A stretch of 64,000 bases of DNA from Pirellula sp. (GTDB taxonomy: Bacteria > Planctomycetota > Planctomycetia > Pirellulales > Pirellulaceae). Position 1 is the stretch's first letter. Every line of letters starts with the position of its first letter. The notes under the pieces were generated by a model. That model was not told the DNA's origin, ran no database searches, and was given only the letters and a program-made list of their open reading frames with translations. The position numbers were made by a program, and so were the translations under genes. The stretch is taken from positions 23,508 to 87,507 of the forward strand of contig JBIKLJ010000001.1 of NCBI GenBank assembly GCA_044359895.1. Direction: 5' to 3'. Of this stretch, positions 28,400 to 38,400 are shown one piece after another.

Positions 28400-28481
28400 A
28401 CGTGCTTCCTAAGGAAAGGCATGTCAACCGCGCCTTTCGTTTTCGTTTTCGTTAACTATCGTCTGGTTACTTCTAAGAAAA

Positions 28482-29930
28482 TCAGTTCGTTGATTCGGTA
28501 ATTCCAAGCAGCTTTTTGATCTCATCTTCAAGGGCTTTGGCATTTTGCGGGCCGGAGCCTACCTTGATCATTCGGATCACCCCTTGTTGGTCCATTAGGA
28601 CAGCTTGAGGAATACCCTGAACGGCAAGCCGCTTATTGTAATCGCTGCCTTTGGGGGTCAAGACGAATCCATGTGTGAGTTCGTGATGGTTACGAAACGA
28701 TTCCAGCATTTCAAGCTCTTGCTCGTGCGACACATCCTCACCTCGCACGGCTCGTTTTTTCTGTTCGTCCCACACGAAGCCTTGATCGGACGTCATTCCT
28801 AGGATCACGAAACCCTTGTCGCCGTACGTGTGGCTCCATTCTTTCAAATGAGGGAAAGTAGCGATACAAGGACCACACCAAACGGCCCAGAAGTCCAATA
28901 AAACAACCTTGCCTCGAAGCTGGGCCAAGGTTGTCGGTTCCATTCCAACAAACGATTGAGCTTCATACTCGGGAGCTTCCGTTCCGACCAGTCGAACGCG
29001 TGCTAATGATGCCTCCAGGGAGGAAGACATGCGGTTGACGTTTTTGCTGAGAAAATCCAGTTGCTTGATTTTGGACTCATCACTCGGGGGTGGAAACGCT
29101 TCGATCCTGGCGGATAGTTCTTTCGCCATTTCCATACCGCGTTCTGGATCGGAGTAAGTTAGGGCGGAGATTTGTGCTGAACGAAGAGAGATATAAGCGG
29201 ACAGGTCGATCAAGGAATCTGGCTGCTCGTTTAGGTTTTTCATGATGAGATCTTCGGCGAGTTTCTGATACTGAGCCACTTCCGTTGCTGCAATGTCTCG
29301 AAATAGGCTCGAGAAGATATTGGTGGATCGAACGAGGTCGTTCAAATCACTTGTGCCTGAAGCGAGTCGCGATTGAACATCTTCGATCGAGCCTTGCATC
29401 AATTTCAAAGCTTCTTCAGGCTGCTTTAATTGAAGCAAACTTCGGGCAATTCTTGGTTCCAATTCACGCCGTGAGCTTAAAAGGCTATCCCCTTGCGCTG
29501 AGATTGCATTCAGCGTTTTGGTCATCAGTTCTAGAGCTTCTGGACCTCGGTCTTGTTGAATCAGGACGATGCTTAAAAAATCGGTCGCTTGCACCAAATC
29601 GCGTGCGGCTGCAGTGGAGATGGATGAAGAGCTAACATAGTGTTCGACCAAACTGATCAAGCGTTTTTCTGCCGCTTCCGGAGCTGCTTGCATGGTACGG
29701 TTAGCAAGTTGCAAACTGAGCGAAAGGAGCCTGGGGGAATTGGGGGATTCCTTGAGACCAGCGTCGAGCATGGCCCCCGCTTCGTTCCAGTTCGCAGCTT
29801 GGATCAAAGTATTGTATTCACCATAGGCAAAGCTATCCTCTGGCTTGTTATCAGAAGCTTGGTCTTGCGCAGAGGCCGTCAGGGCAAATAAAGCAAATAA
29901 AAGAAATACAAAGCGACTCAAGCGGTTCAT
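28482..29930 (-). CDS. Exported TlpA-like thioredoxin (CxxC) with a helical N-terminal region
   Basis: Signal peptide MNRLSRFVFLLFALFALTASA-Q; GKVVLLDFWAVWCGPC and VQGIPQAVLMD motifs. Confidence 0.9.
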   Translation of the reverse strand: MNRLSRFVFLLFALFALTASAQDQASDNKPEDSFAYGEYNTLIQAANWNEAGAMLDAGLKESPNSPRLLSLSLQLANRTMQAAPEAAEKRLISLVEHYVSSSSISTAAARDLVQATDFLSIVLIQQDRGPEALELMTKTLNAISAQGDSLLSSRRELEPRIARSLLQLKQPEEALKLMQGSIEDVQSRLASGTSDLNDLVRSTNIFSSLFRDIAATEVAQYQKLAEDLIMKNLNEQPDSLIDLSAYISLRSAQISALTYSDPERGMEMAKELSARIEAFPPPSDESKIKQLDFLSKNVNRMSSSLEASLARVRLVGTEAPEYEAQSFVGMEPTTLAQLRGKVVLLDFWAVWCGPCIATFPHLKEWSHTYGDKGFVILGMTSDQGFVWDEQKKRAVRGEDVSHEQELEMLESFRNHHELTHGFVLTPKGSDYNKRLAVQGIPQAVLMDQQGVIRMIKVGSGPQNAKALEDEIKKLLGITESTN

Positions 29931-30094
29931 GAGATCTCTCCTCAAGATAATGGAAATGGAAGGCTGCATCGGCCTTGCCGGCAATCACGAGTCCATTGTA
30001 ACAAATGAATTGAGCCCAAGATGCCAGAAGGTTTTTCATGGCATGACTTTATTCGTCCAGATCGGCATGGAGTCGTTCGTAGCTGTTAACAATA

Positions 30095-30461
30095 TCACAG
30101 TATTTGGCCAACGAGGCATCGCTGGAAAAGGTTTTCCATTTCTCGTGTCAGTCGTTCGCAATTGCAAACAGAACTAGCGCGGAGGCGTTCACGCATCGTG
30201 CTTCGCAACGTGCCCAGACGAGACCAAGACTCCCTTTGCGTCGCCCAGCTGACGGCTTGTTCCACATAGCCAGAGCAATCGTCTGCAACAAAATCGGACA
30301 GATGGCATTCACGCAAAAGAGATTGACTAGTCCGGGCAGCCCACCGGTCGCCGTTTTTGGTTAACACAGGTACCACGCGTTTTGAATTGTTCTTGGACAT
30401 ACGAACGATTGTGAGGCGATTTCAAATCCGAATTGGCTAAAAGCAAACTGGATTGACGGAT
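30095..30461 (-). pseudogene. Remnant of a SPINDLY/O-GlcNAc transferase (GT41)-like gene with an internal deletion or frameshift
   Basis: One frame reads VPVLTKNGDRWAARTSQSLL..HLSDFVA.D.SGYVEQAVSWA...LRSTMRERLRASSVCN.ERLTREME. An upstream shifted frame reads SSLLLANSDLKSPHNRSYVQEQFKTRG. Both match GT41 C-terminal blocks. The TPRs and N-terminal half are absent. Confidence 0.75.
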
Positions 30462-30898
30462 GTTCGTATCGAGATGCTGGGGTTGGGCGCGAAGAAAACG
30501 TCGCGGGGTTCTTAGAACGCTTTTTTCGCGAATTCAAAATGGATCCCGCTTGATTTGATTGAGAATCGACAATTCATTTTTGATTCCGACATTGTATTCG
30601 GCAAGCGTATGCTAATCCAATGGTCGCTTTGATCTCTGGCGATCACAATGTCTTGAGCGAAATAGCAAAGCGACGCCTACGCTGCGAGGCAAGGCTATCT
30701 TACAATCTAGCTACCATGCTCTCTTCGTTCGGTAGCGTGGCTTTGGCTCACCGCTCGACTACGCAAGTAACACTTGCAGAGCCTGCTCGGTCCAGCTTTG
30801 CAACGTTTACAACTTTACTTCGGTCACAATTCAAGATGATTCCATCGAATACCCAATTTTTTATCTTCCTCGGTGGTTTCTCGGGAAAAGGAATCCAG

Positions 30899-33800
30899 AT
30901 GGCGAAGGTGGGCGTCGCGATTTGTTTGGCAATGATCGCCATGGGGGTCTGTTCGGTAACTACAAACGCTCAGTTCTTGGAGCAAGAGCTTCTCAAGCTA
31001 GATTCGCAAACTCTGGGCGAGCTTGCACTGCGCGATGGCGATGCGGCTCGAGGAGCGGTCGTGTTTTTTCAACAGTCGATGGCGTGTTCCAAATGCCATT
31101 CGGTGCGTGATGGCGTTGCTTCGAATCTAGGCCCCAGTCTCGTTAGTGCCAAAGAACCTCTTGCCAATTCCCAGATCGTCGAAGCGATCCTGGAGCCCTC
31201 GAAAACAATTCGAAAGGATTATGAATCTGCGAGTGTTTTGACATTGGAGGGGGAAACCGTGACGGGACTGCTTGTAGAAAAGACGGACTCGCAAATCGTC
31301 CTGCGCGATTCAAACAACCTATTGGTGGCGATACCCATCCGCGAAGTCGATCAATACGCGAATCGCTCACAATCGATGATGCCTGCAGGCCAAGTGAATC
31401 AACTTACCAGCCGTCAGCAGTTCTTGGATCTGGTCAAGTACCTGATTGAAATTCGTGATGGTGGATCTAAACGTGCCAAGGAACTTCAACCTTCCGAGGC
31501 CATGCTTGCGATGAAGTTGCCTGAATACGAAGCGAGAATTGACCATGCGGGCTTCGTCATGGAATGGGGGCCGGAGTCGTTAGCAAGGGGCGAAGCTATT
31601 TACCGTCGGGTGTGCGGTAATTGTCATGGTACTCAAGAGGAACTAGGATCGTTACCTACCGCACTGCGATTCGCAGAAGGGAAGTTTAAGAATGGTAGCG
31701 ACCCTTTATCGATGTACCGTACCCTGACTCGGGGATTCGGTTTCATGCCCGCCCAAAGTTGGATGGTGCCTTCGCAAAAGTACGATGTCATTCATTACAT
31801 TCGCGAAACCTTCCTCCGCCCCTTCAACGCTTCTCAATGGGTACCGATCGACGCTAGCTACCTCGCTGGCTTACCACATGGTGATACACGCGGCCCTGAA
31901 CCTAGTACCATTGAGGCATGGAGCGCGATGGATTACGGCGCCAGCCTGACCCATTGCTACGAAACCCCAGGGGATGCGTTGAACATTGCTTACAAAGGCA
32001 CCGCTGTTCGGCTCGATTCGGGCGCCGGTGGGGTATCGCGAGGCCAACATTGGATGATCTTCGATTCGGATACTCTTCGCGTTTCTACCGCTTGGTACGC
32101 ATCCGAAGACCAGAACGGCTCGCGTTTTATCGACTGGCGCGACATTCAAATGAATGGGGAGCATCAAGTTCATCCCCGAGTCAGCGGCCACGTTGTGCTT
32201 GCGAACGGAAATGGACCGGGTTGGGCAAATCCTGGCACCGGCTCGTTCACCGATGATCAACGCATCGAAGGGCGCGATCATCGCAGGTATGGGCCTCTTC
32301 CAAAAAACTGGGGCAATTATCTAGGTCAATACCATCATGGTTCCAAAGTGGTCTTCGCTTACACTCTAGGCAATACCAAAATTTTGGAATCGCCCGCTAG
32401 CCTGTCGGACATCTCGGATGAAGGCCCACCCGTTTTCTTGCGAACGTTCAACGTTGGGCCTCGCGAACAGGACCTCATTCTTCAAGTTGCCGATTCCACG
32501 ACCGATGACACGCTGGTATCGCTGGGTGATTCGAAGACTCCCTTCGCCATCGCCACCAGGGACCTTCACGCAGGCGTACTGCCGATAACCCAGCAGGTCT
32601 CTTGGACACTCGATGAAGGTAACCTTCGACTGCGCATTCCCGCGGGAAGTGAACCGCTTCAGTTTTGTCTCTGGATTACTGAGAATCGGAACCAAGAATC
32701 GTCGAGATTAACTCAGGTGGCCAATCAAGTCGCTGCGGCATCTATCGACTATGGCTTGGATCTTTCGAAGCTGACTCAAGGTGGACCAGCTCAATGGCCT
32801 CAGATTCTCGAGAGCACGATCGCGACGTCCTTTGACGAAGGTCCCTTCGCAGTCGATGTGTTGAACGCTCCCGATTCGAACCCTTGGTTAGCCCAAATGA
32901 GGTTCACCGGCTTGGACTTCTTTGCAGATGGAAGCATGGCGGTCTGTACTTGGGATGGGGACGTTTGGCGAGTTCGCATCGCGGATCAAGAAAATCGTCT
33001 TCAATGGCAACGCATTGCTTCCGGCCTGTTTCAACCACTCGGACTGAAAATCATCAACGAAAAGATCCACCTTACCTGTCGTGACCAGCTAGCTGTGCTG
33101 CATGATTTGAATGGCGATGGGGAAACCGACTTCTACCAGTGCCTGAACAACGACCATCAAGTTACCGAGCATTTTCATGAATTCGCTATGGGCTTGCAGG
33201 TCGACGATCAAGGTAACTTTTATTATGCCAAATCGGGACGCCATGCTCTCGAAGCCATCGTACCTCAGCATGGTACCCTTCTTCGAGTCAGCCCAGACGG
33301 TTCACGAACAGACATCATCGCAACAGGCTTTCGAGCCGCCAATGGTGTCTGTCTCAATCCCGACGGTTCTTTCTTGGTCACGGATCAAGAAGGTTTTTGG
33401 AACCCCAAGAATCGAATCAACTGGGTCACTTTGAATCCATCTGGGAAACCCAATTTCTATGGCAATATGTTTGGGTACCACGATGTTACTGACAGCTCGG
33501 ATGCCGCCATGGAACCGCCCCTGTGTTGGATCACGAACGCCTTCGATCGATCGCCCGCGGAATTGTTATGGGTCAATAGTCCAAAATGGAAAACACTTAA
33601 TGGCAGCCTGCTCAATCTTTCGTATGGCTACGGAAAGGTGTTTGCGGTGCTCCATGAACAAGTCAATGGGGTCCGGCAAGGTGGCATGATTCAGTTACCT
33701 ATCCCCAACTTTCCAACGGGTGTTATGCGTGGACGTTTTCGACCTCAAGACCAGGAGTTATATCTGTGTGGAATGTTTGCCTGGGCAGGCGACGCAACCG

Positions 33801-34174
33801 CCCCTGGTGGTTTGTATCGTCTTCGTGTTACAGAGCGACCTGTTATCCTACCTACCGAATTGCATGCCCAAGAAGGAGGCTTGCAATTGGTATTCTCAGA
33901 ACCCATCGACCCCAAGTCGGTCACAGAAGATCGGATCGCCATCAAAACTTGGTCCCTGAAGAGATCCAAACGCTACGGATCAGATCACCATAACGAAAAG
34001 CAGCAATCCATTCGATCAATGCGAGTGTCTGCGGATGGTAAGCGCATCGATATCGAGCTGCCGAAACTGAAGCCCACGTGGTGCATGGAGATTCAATACG
34101 AATTTCGAACGCTCGCGGGCGAAAAGGCTGAAGGTGTGATCCATAACACCATCCATGTATTAGATGGTCAGTAA
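30899..34174 (+). CDS. Large exported di-heme c-type cytochrome / beta-propeller protein (PVC heme-binding domain plus DUF6797-like region)
   Basis: Signal peptide, then GDAARG..F....CSKCH..LGPSL, a second heme motif CGNCH, and a sorbosone-dehydrogenase-like propeller (ATGFRAANG, TDQEGFW). Confidence 0.85.
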   Translation: MAKVGVAICLAMIAMGVCSVTTNAQFLEQELLKLDSQTLGELALRDGDAARGAVVFFQQSMACSKCHSVRDGVASNLGPSLVSAKEPLANSQIVEAILEPSKTIRKDYESASVLTLEGETVTGLLVEKTDSQIVLRDSNNLLVAIPIREVDQYANRSQSMMPAGQVNQLTSRQQFLDLVKYLIEIRDGGSKRAKELQPSEAMLAMKLPEYEARIDHAGFVMEWGPESLARGEAIYRRVCGNCHGTQEELGSLPTALRFAEGKFKNGSDPLSMYRTLTRGFGFMPAQSWMVPSQKYDVIHYIRETFLRPFNASQWVPIDASYLAGLPHGDTRGPEPSTIEAWSAMDYGASLTHCYETPGDALNIAYKGTAVRLDSGAGGVSRGQHWMIFDSDTLRVSTAWYASEDQNGSRFIDWRDIQMNGEHQVHPRVSGHVVLANGNGPGWANPGTGSFTDDQRIEGRDHRRYGPLPKNWGNYLGQYHHGSKVVFAYTLGNTKILESPASLSDISDEGPPVFLRTFNVGPREQDLILQVADSTTDDTLVSLGDSKTPFAIATRDLHAGVLPITQQVSWTLDEGNLRLRIPAGSEPLQFCLWITENRNQESSRLTQVANQVAAASIDYGLDLSKLTQGGPAQWPQILESTIATSFDEGPFAVDVLNAPDSNPWLAQMRFTGLDFFADGSMAVCTWDGDVWRVRIADQENRLQWQRIASGLFQPLGLKIINEKIHLTCRDQLAVLHDLNGDGETDFYQCLNNDHQVTEHFHEFAMGLQVDDQGNFYYAKSGRHALEAIVPQHGTLLRVSPDGSRTDIIATGFRAANGVCLNPDGSFLVTDQEGFWNPKNRINWVTLNPSGKPNFYGNMFGYHDVTDSSDAAMEPPLCWITNAFDRSPAELLWVNSPKWKTLNGSLLNLSYGYGKVFAVLHEQVNGVRQGGMIQLPIPNFPTGVMRGRFRPQDQELYLCGMFAWAGDATAPGGLYRLRVTERPVILPTELHAQEGGLQLVFSEPIDPKSVTEDRIAIKTWSLKRSKRYGSDHHNEKQQSIRSMRVSADGKRIDIELPKLKPTWCMEIQYEFRTLAGEKAEGVIHNTIHVLDGQ

Positions 34175-34201
34175 TCTACCATGCGTCTCGCTCGGCCCGC
34201 C

Positions 34202-34226
34202 CGTAGCGGATCTGGCCATAGATCCG
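34202..34226. repeat. Short REP-like hairpin between convergent genes
   Basis: CGTAGCGGATCTGGCCATAGATCCG contains a CGGATCT/AGATCCG stem. Only one copy is present in the window. Confidence 0.45.
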
Positions 34227-34245
34227 ATTCCGCTTCGTCTCTCGC

Positions 34246-35478
34246 CTACCGTTCAGCCTCCTCGGTGGCTTTCAGCGAACCTTGTTCGATCAACTGGCGT
34301 TCAAGCGTCAATCTTGGCACACCCAATTGAGCAGCAAAGGAAGCCACTTCTTGCAACGCCGTGTCAGCTTGAACCTGACCTTCTCCCAGTTGCGACTTTC
34401 GCAGCACAGCTCGTATCAGTAAGTTTTTAGGCGTGTGCTCCGTTTCGATAAACTCCAACAATTGAGTTTGATAACCCACGGCGGAGAGAAGCGAGGTTCG
34501 TAACGAATCCGTTGCCATCGATGCGAACCGCTCTCGGATGATTCCGAAATGGGTTAGTGGGGGTAAGGCTGTTTCCTGCAGATGCTGGTACAGTTCATGC
34601 TGACAACACGGAACCGCCAGAATAACACTGGCGTTCCATAGGACGGCTTGCGCTAAAGCAAAGTCAGTTGCCGTATCACAAGCGTGCAACGATATCACAA
34701 CGTCGACGTCCTTCTCTGGCTTGTAGCCCGCGATGTCACCCACCTCAAAGGTTAGATTGCTAAGCGACAATCGGTCAACAATTCGATTGCAGGTTTCCAC
34801 CACATCGGCTCGGCGATCTAATCCGACGATGTGGCAACTGCGTTGGAGGACATGAGTCAACAAGTGATGTGTCGCAAATGTTAAGTAACTTTTGCCACAA
34901 CCGAAATCGACCACTCGGAGCGTCCGGTCTTTCGGTAGCTTCTCGGCAACGTCGAGAATGAACTCCAGAAAGCGATTGATCTGCTTGAACTTTTTAGAGT
35001 GGCTGGCATGTACTTTGCCGCTGGCGGACATCACGCCCGTCTCGACTAAAAAAGGACAGACCACGCCATCTTGAATCAGATGATTGCGTGTGCGATTGTG
35101 GTTGGTTATCTCGGAAACTGGACCTGGAACAGTTGTTTCTACTTGCGTTTGCCGCAGCAAGCACTTTCCTTTTTTGGAGTACTTTGCCTCAATCGTATGG
35201 GTGGTTGTGGTGAGGTGAACATTGCGAAAAGAAATGGTTGCTAGCCGTACCAGTTCCGTTTCAGCTTCCTGCCAACCATAGTTCTTATGAAACTGCTGAG
35301 TAGCAGTTTGGGACGTAAATTGTAGATGGGTTGAACCGTCGATGAAGATCGGTCGAACATCGACCCGCGAGTAAGGGCCATCTGCCGACCGTGGTGAACT
35401 GAAAACGACTTTCCTAATCGAACGTGCCCGGGTTGAAGCTCGGACAAGTTCGATCAGGTTAGTTTCGTTTTCCATCAC
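34246..35478 (-). CDS. SAM-dependent methyltransferase (Methyltransf_32-like)
   Basis: KFKQINRFLE, VVDFGCGKSYLTF, SLHACDTATD, VPCCQHE and EHTPKNLLI motifs. Confidence 0.9.
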   Translation of the reverse strand: MMENETNLIELVRASTRARSIRKVVFSSPRSADGPYSRVDVRPIFIDGSTHLQFTSQTATQQFHKNYGWQEAETELVRLATISFRNVHLTTTTHTIEAKYSKKGKCLLRQTQVETTVPGPVSEITNHNRTRNHLIQDGVVCPFLVETGVMSASGKVHASHSKKFKQINRFLEFILDVAEKLPKDRTLRVVDFGCGKSYLTFATHHLLTHVLQRSCHIVGLDRRADVVETCNRIVDRLSLSNLTFEVGDIAGYKPEKDVDVVISLHACDTATDFALAQAVLWNASVILAVPCCQHELYQHLQETALPPLTHFGIIRERFASMATDSLRTSLLSAVGYQTQLLEFIETEHTPKNLLIRAVLRKSQLGEGQVQADTALQEVASFAAQLGVPRLTLERQLIEQGSLKATEEAER

Positions 35479-35484
35479 TCAGTT

Positions 35485-38400
35485 TTATTCCACGGTTTGA
35501 ATCGTAATCGCCATCACCACGGGGGCAGAACCATCCGGCCCCTTGATGAGTTCGATCTTCGAAAGCGATTCCTTCGATGTTGGTCGAACCGATAAGTATC
35601 TTATCTGGCGGCCATCCAAATCGAAAGCAAATTCGCTTTTCGGAACGTCAACGCGTTGAATATAGTCCGCAAAATGCTCACCATTGATCAAATTGTGATC
35701 TTCGGTTGTGCCATCGGCGAAATGCAACCGAACAATCATCGATACCGACCCAGCTCGAGAAGCTGGGAAGGACCAACCACCAACGCCGCCCAGAATATGG
35801 ATGGCTACCGCCGACGCTCGGCAGGTGATTTCCACCTGCTTCGGCATCTTGGGTGCAAAATTACCCTGAGGACCATACAGCATGATCGCATTGGGCTGCG
35901 AATCACCTTGAGGATCGATCAAAAGGAATGGAACCTCTTTGAACATTTTGGGAGACCAGTCCGGGAAGACGAGCCTTTCGATCGTGTTCTTCTCATCGAA
36001 GAACATACCCTTGGTGGTGATCGAGGTTGCGACGCTGTTGATGGGCAATGGCACATACTTGCCTTTGCTCGTCAGAAACTCAAGTAAGTCGGTCATCTCC
36101 GTCTTGGTCATTTGCCCTTCGAAGCCTTCAGGCATCAATGACTTTTGGGAAGCGATCAGTTCTTCGATGTCCTCGCGGAGAACGACTTCTCGTTTCCCTT
36201 GCGAATTGATCAGCTCGAGCGATGTCTTGCTCTCACTGGCCAACATGCCCGTCAAAACAATCCCGTCGGTGGTGCGAATGCTGTAGGTTCTAAAGTTCCC
36301 TTCAACACTTCGGCTTGGATCGAGAATGTTCATGAGCAGTTCTTCTTTGGGGTGCACAGCCATCCCGGTAAGGTTAGGCCCGATGTTCACACCGATTTCT
36401 CCGTGCACGTGGCACAGGGCACAATGCTTTTGATACATGGCCTTTCCATTGGACACGCTTCCGGTTTCGTGCGTGATAGGCATCCAAGCTTCGACCACCT
36501 TTTGGCGATCGCTATTTGGAACTCCGCCGGCGGATTTCATGACTTCAAGAGCCTTCTTCTTCACTTCCGCATTGGGGTGATCCCGCAAGGCTTGCTTTTG
36601 GTCGAGTTGCAAGTCGTTTAAGGTCAACTTACCTGACTCAATTGCATCCAGTAGTTCCAGGGTGGATTGAGGCCGATTCAGTAGCAGTCGGATAGCCACC
36701 TTCTGAACTGCGGGTGTAAACATGCGAACATGGTCCACCACCAAATCCGCCAAACCTTTCACTCGCGAACCTTCTAGCGATCGCAGAATCCCAGTCGCCA
36801 ATTCCGTCGAAGACTGAGTCGAAATCTGGTTCAGGATCTCTTCTACAATTTGCGTGCTTTCCGGTTGAAGAACCACGGATTGGACGGCGGCCGCGATCCG
36901 GCTATTGTCATCCTTGGCGGCGTCCGAGAAGACCAAAGTCAGTTCTTTTTGGATGCTCGCGATGCCCGCTTCGAGCCCTTCGATCTTGACGACCGAGGCT
37001 AGCTGCAGGACTTGGCTTTTGGTTTCGATCGGAAGATCGCTGTTGAGCCACGATTGCAGCAATGCTGTCTTGGCTTTTTCCGAGACCTTTAGCGAATGCG
37101 TTTTGGGCCAACCTTCGACCAAGCCCCCAACAATTCTCGATGCAATTTCGCCATTCTTTACGGTCGAAATCAATTGTTCAAAGTCGGAAGCGCCCAACTT
37201 GCTGCGTGCAACATGTTCGGACACGATGGATACACGGTCAAGCGATGCTGGAGAAAGCTTTAGATCCTTTTGATTCATCATGCTTGTCAGCACTTTCGAT
37301 GCGTGCCGCGAAGCCGCCGTAGTCCAAGCATCCAGCAACCATTTGTCATTACGAACTTCCGCTCCCCGGGCGACCGATGCGATGCGATCTGGTTGCGACA
37401 AGACTGCTCCTAAAGCATCTTGATAGTCGGGAATATCAGCCACCTTGAGCAGAGCAGCCAGGCGTACCTGAAGGTCCGTGTCCATCAAAAGCTGATTGTC
37501 TACGATTGCTGCCAGCGTGGCTGGGCCATTCTTGGCCACTTGCAAAGCGTTGCGTCGAACGCCCGGGCTTGCATGCTTTAGCGCTTTCGAAGTGGTCGTC
37601 TCGGACAATGCTCCAACGCCATCCAATACCCACAACGCGTGCATCGATCCAACGCATAGCTTATCGGAGTCGGAAGGTCCTTGATTGACCAGCGCCTGCA
37701 AGGCAGCAAGCGTTTCTTGTTTCAGCTTAAGACGTTCGATCAACAATCGCTGGGCTGTTTTTCGCCACAGCATGGTTGGGTGCTGCAAAGCTTCAACCAG
37801 GGCTTTCTCGTCGCTTGGATTCAAGCCGTTCTTGACCGATTGGTCTGCTTTGGCAAGAGCCGCTGCATCAAGCCCTTCATCGCCTTGATAGACAACGCGG
37901 TAGATGCGTCCATATTTTTTGTCGCGTAGCTCGCTCTCGTAGGCATTGCCCTTGCCGGTGGTGAAACCTTGGGGCGTTGGGTTGTGCTGCACAATGAAAT
38001 TGTACCAATCGATAACCCAGACATTTCCATCAGGTCCGACTTCTGCCATGGTCGGGGCTGCCCATTCATCTTGGCTAGCCACTAGATTGAAAGGACTTGC
38101 GCTCTTGTAGCCTGCGCCCACTCGATCCAAGATAAACGTGCCCACCAGGTGCCCTGTTGGCTCGCATACAAAGGCGACGCGGTTCCACCAGGATTTTGGA
38201 TATCGCCTTGCGGTGTACAGCGCATGGCCGGCACCCGCTGTATAACCACCGTGTTGGTCCACTTGCCGGACATTAGGTGTAATCGCATCAAACAAATGAT
38301 TGTCCGCGATAGGGCCCAAAACTTCAGGCGACCAACCGTTGACTTGCTCGTAATAGCGGTTGGAAATTGGCATAAAGCAACTGGGGTTTCCATTCGCCGT

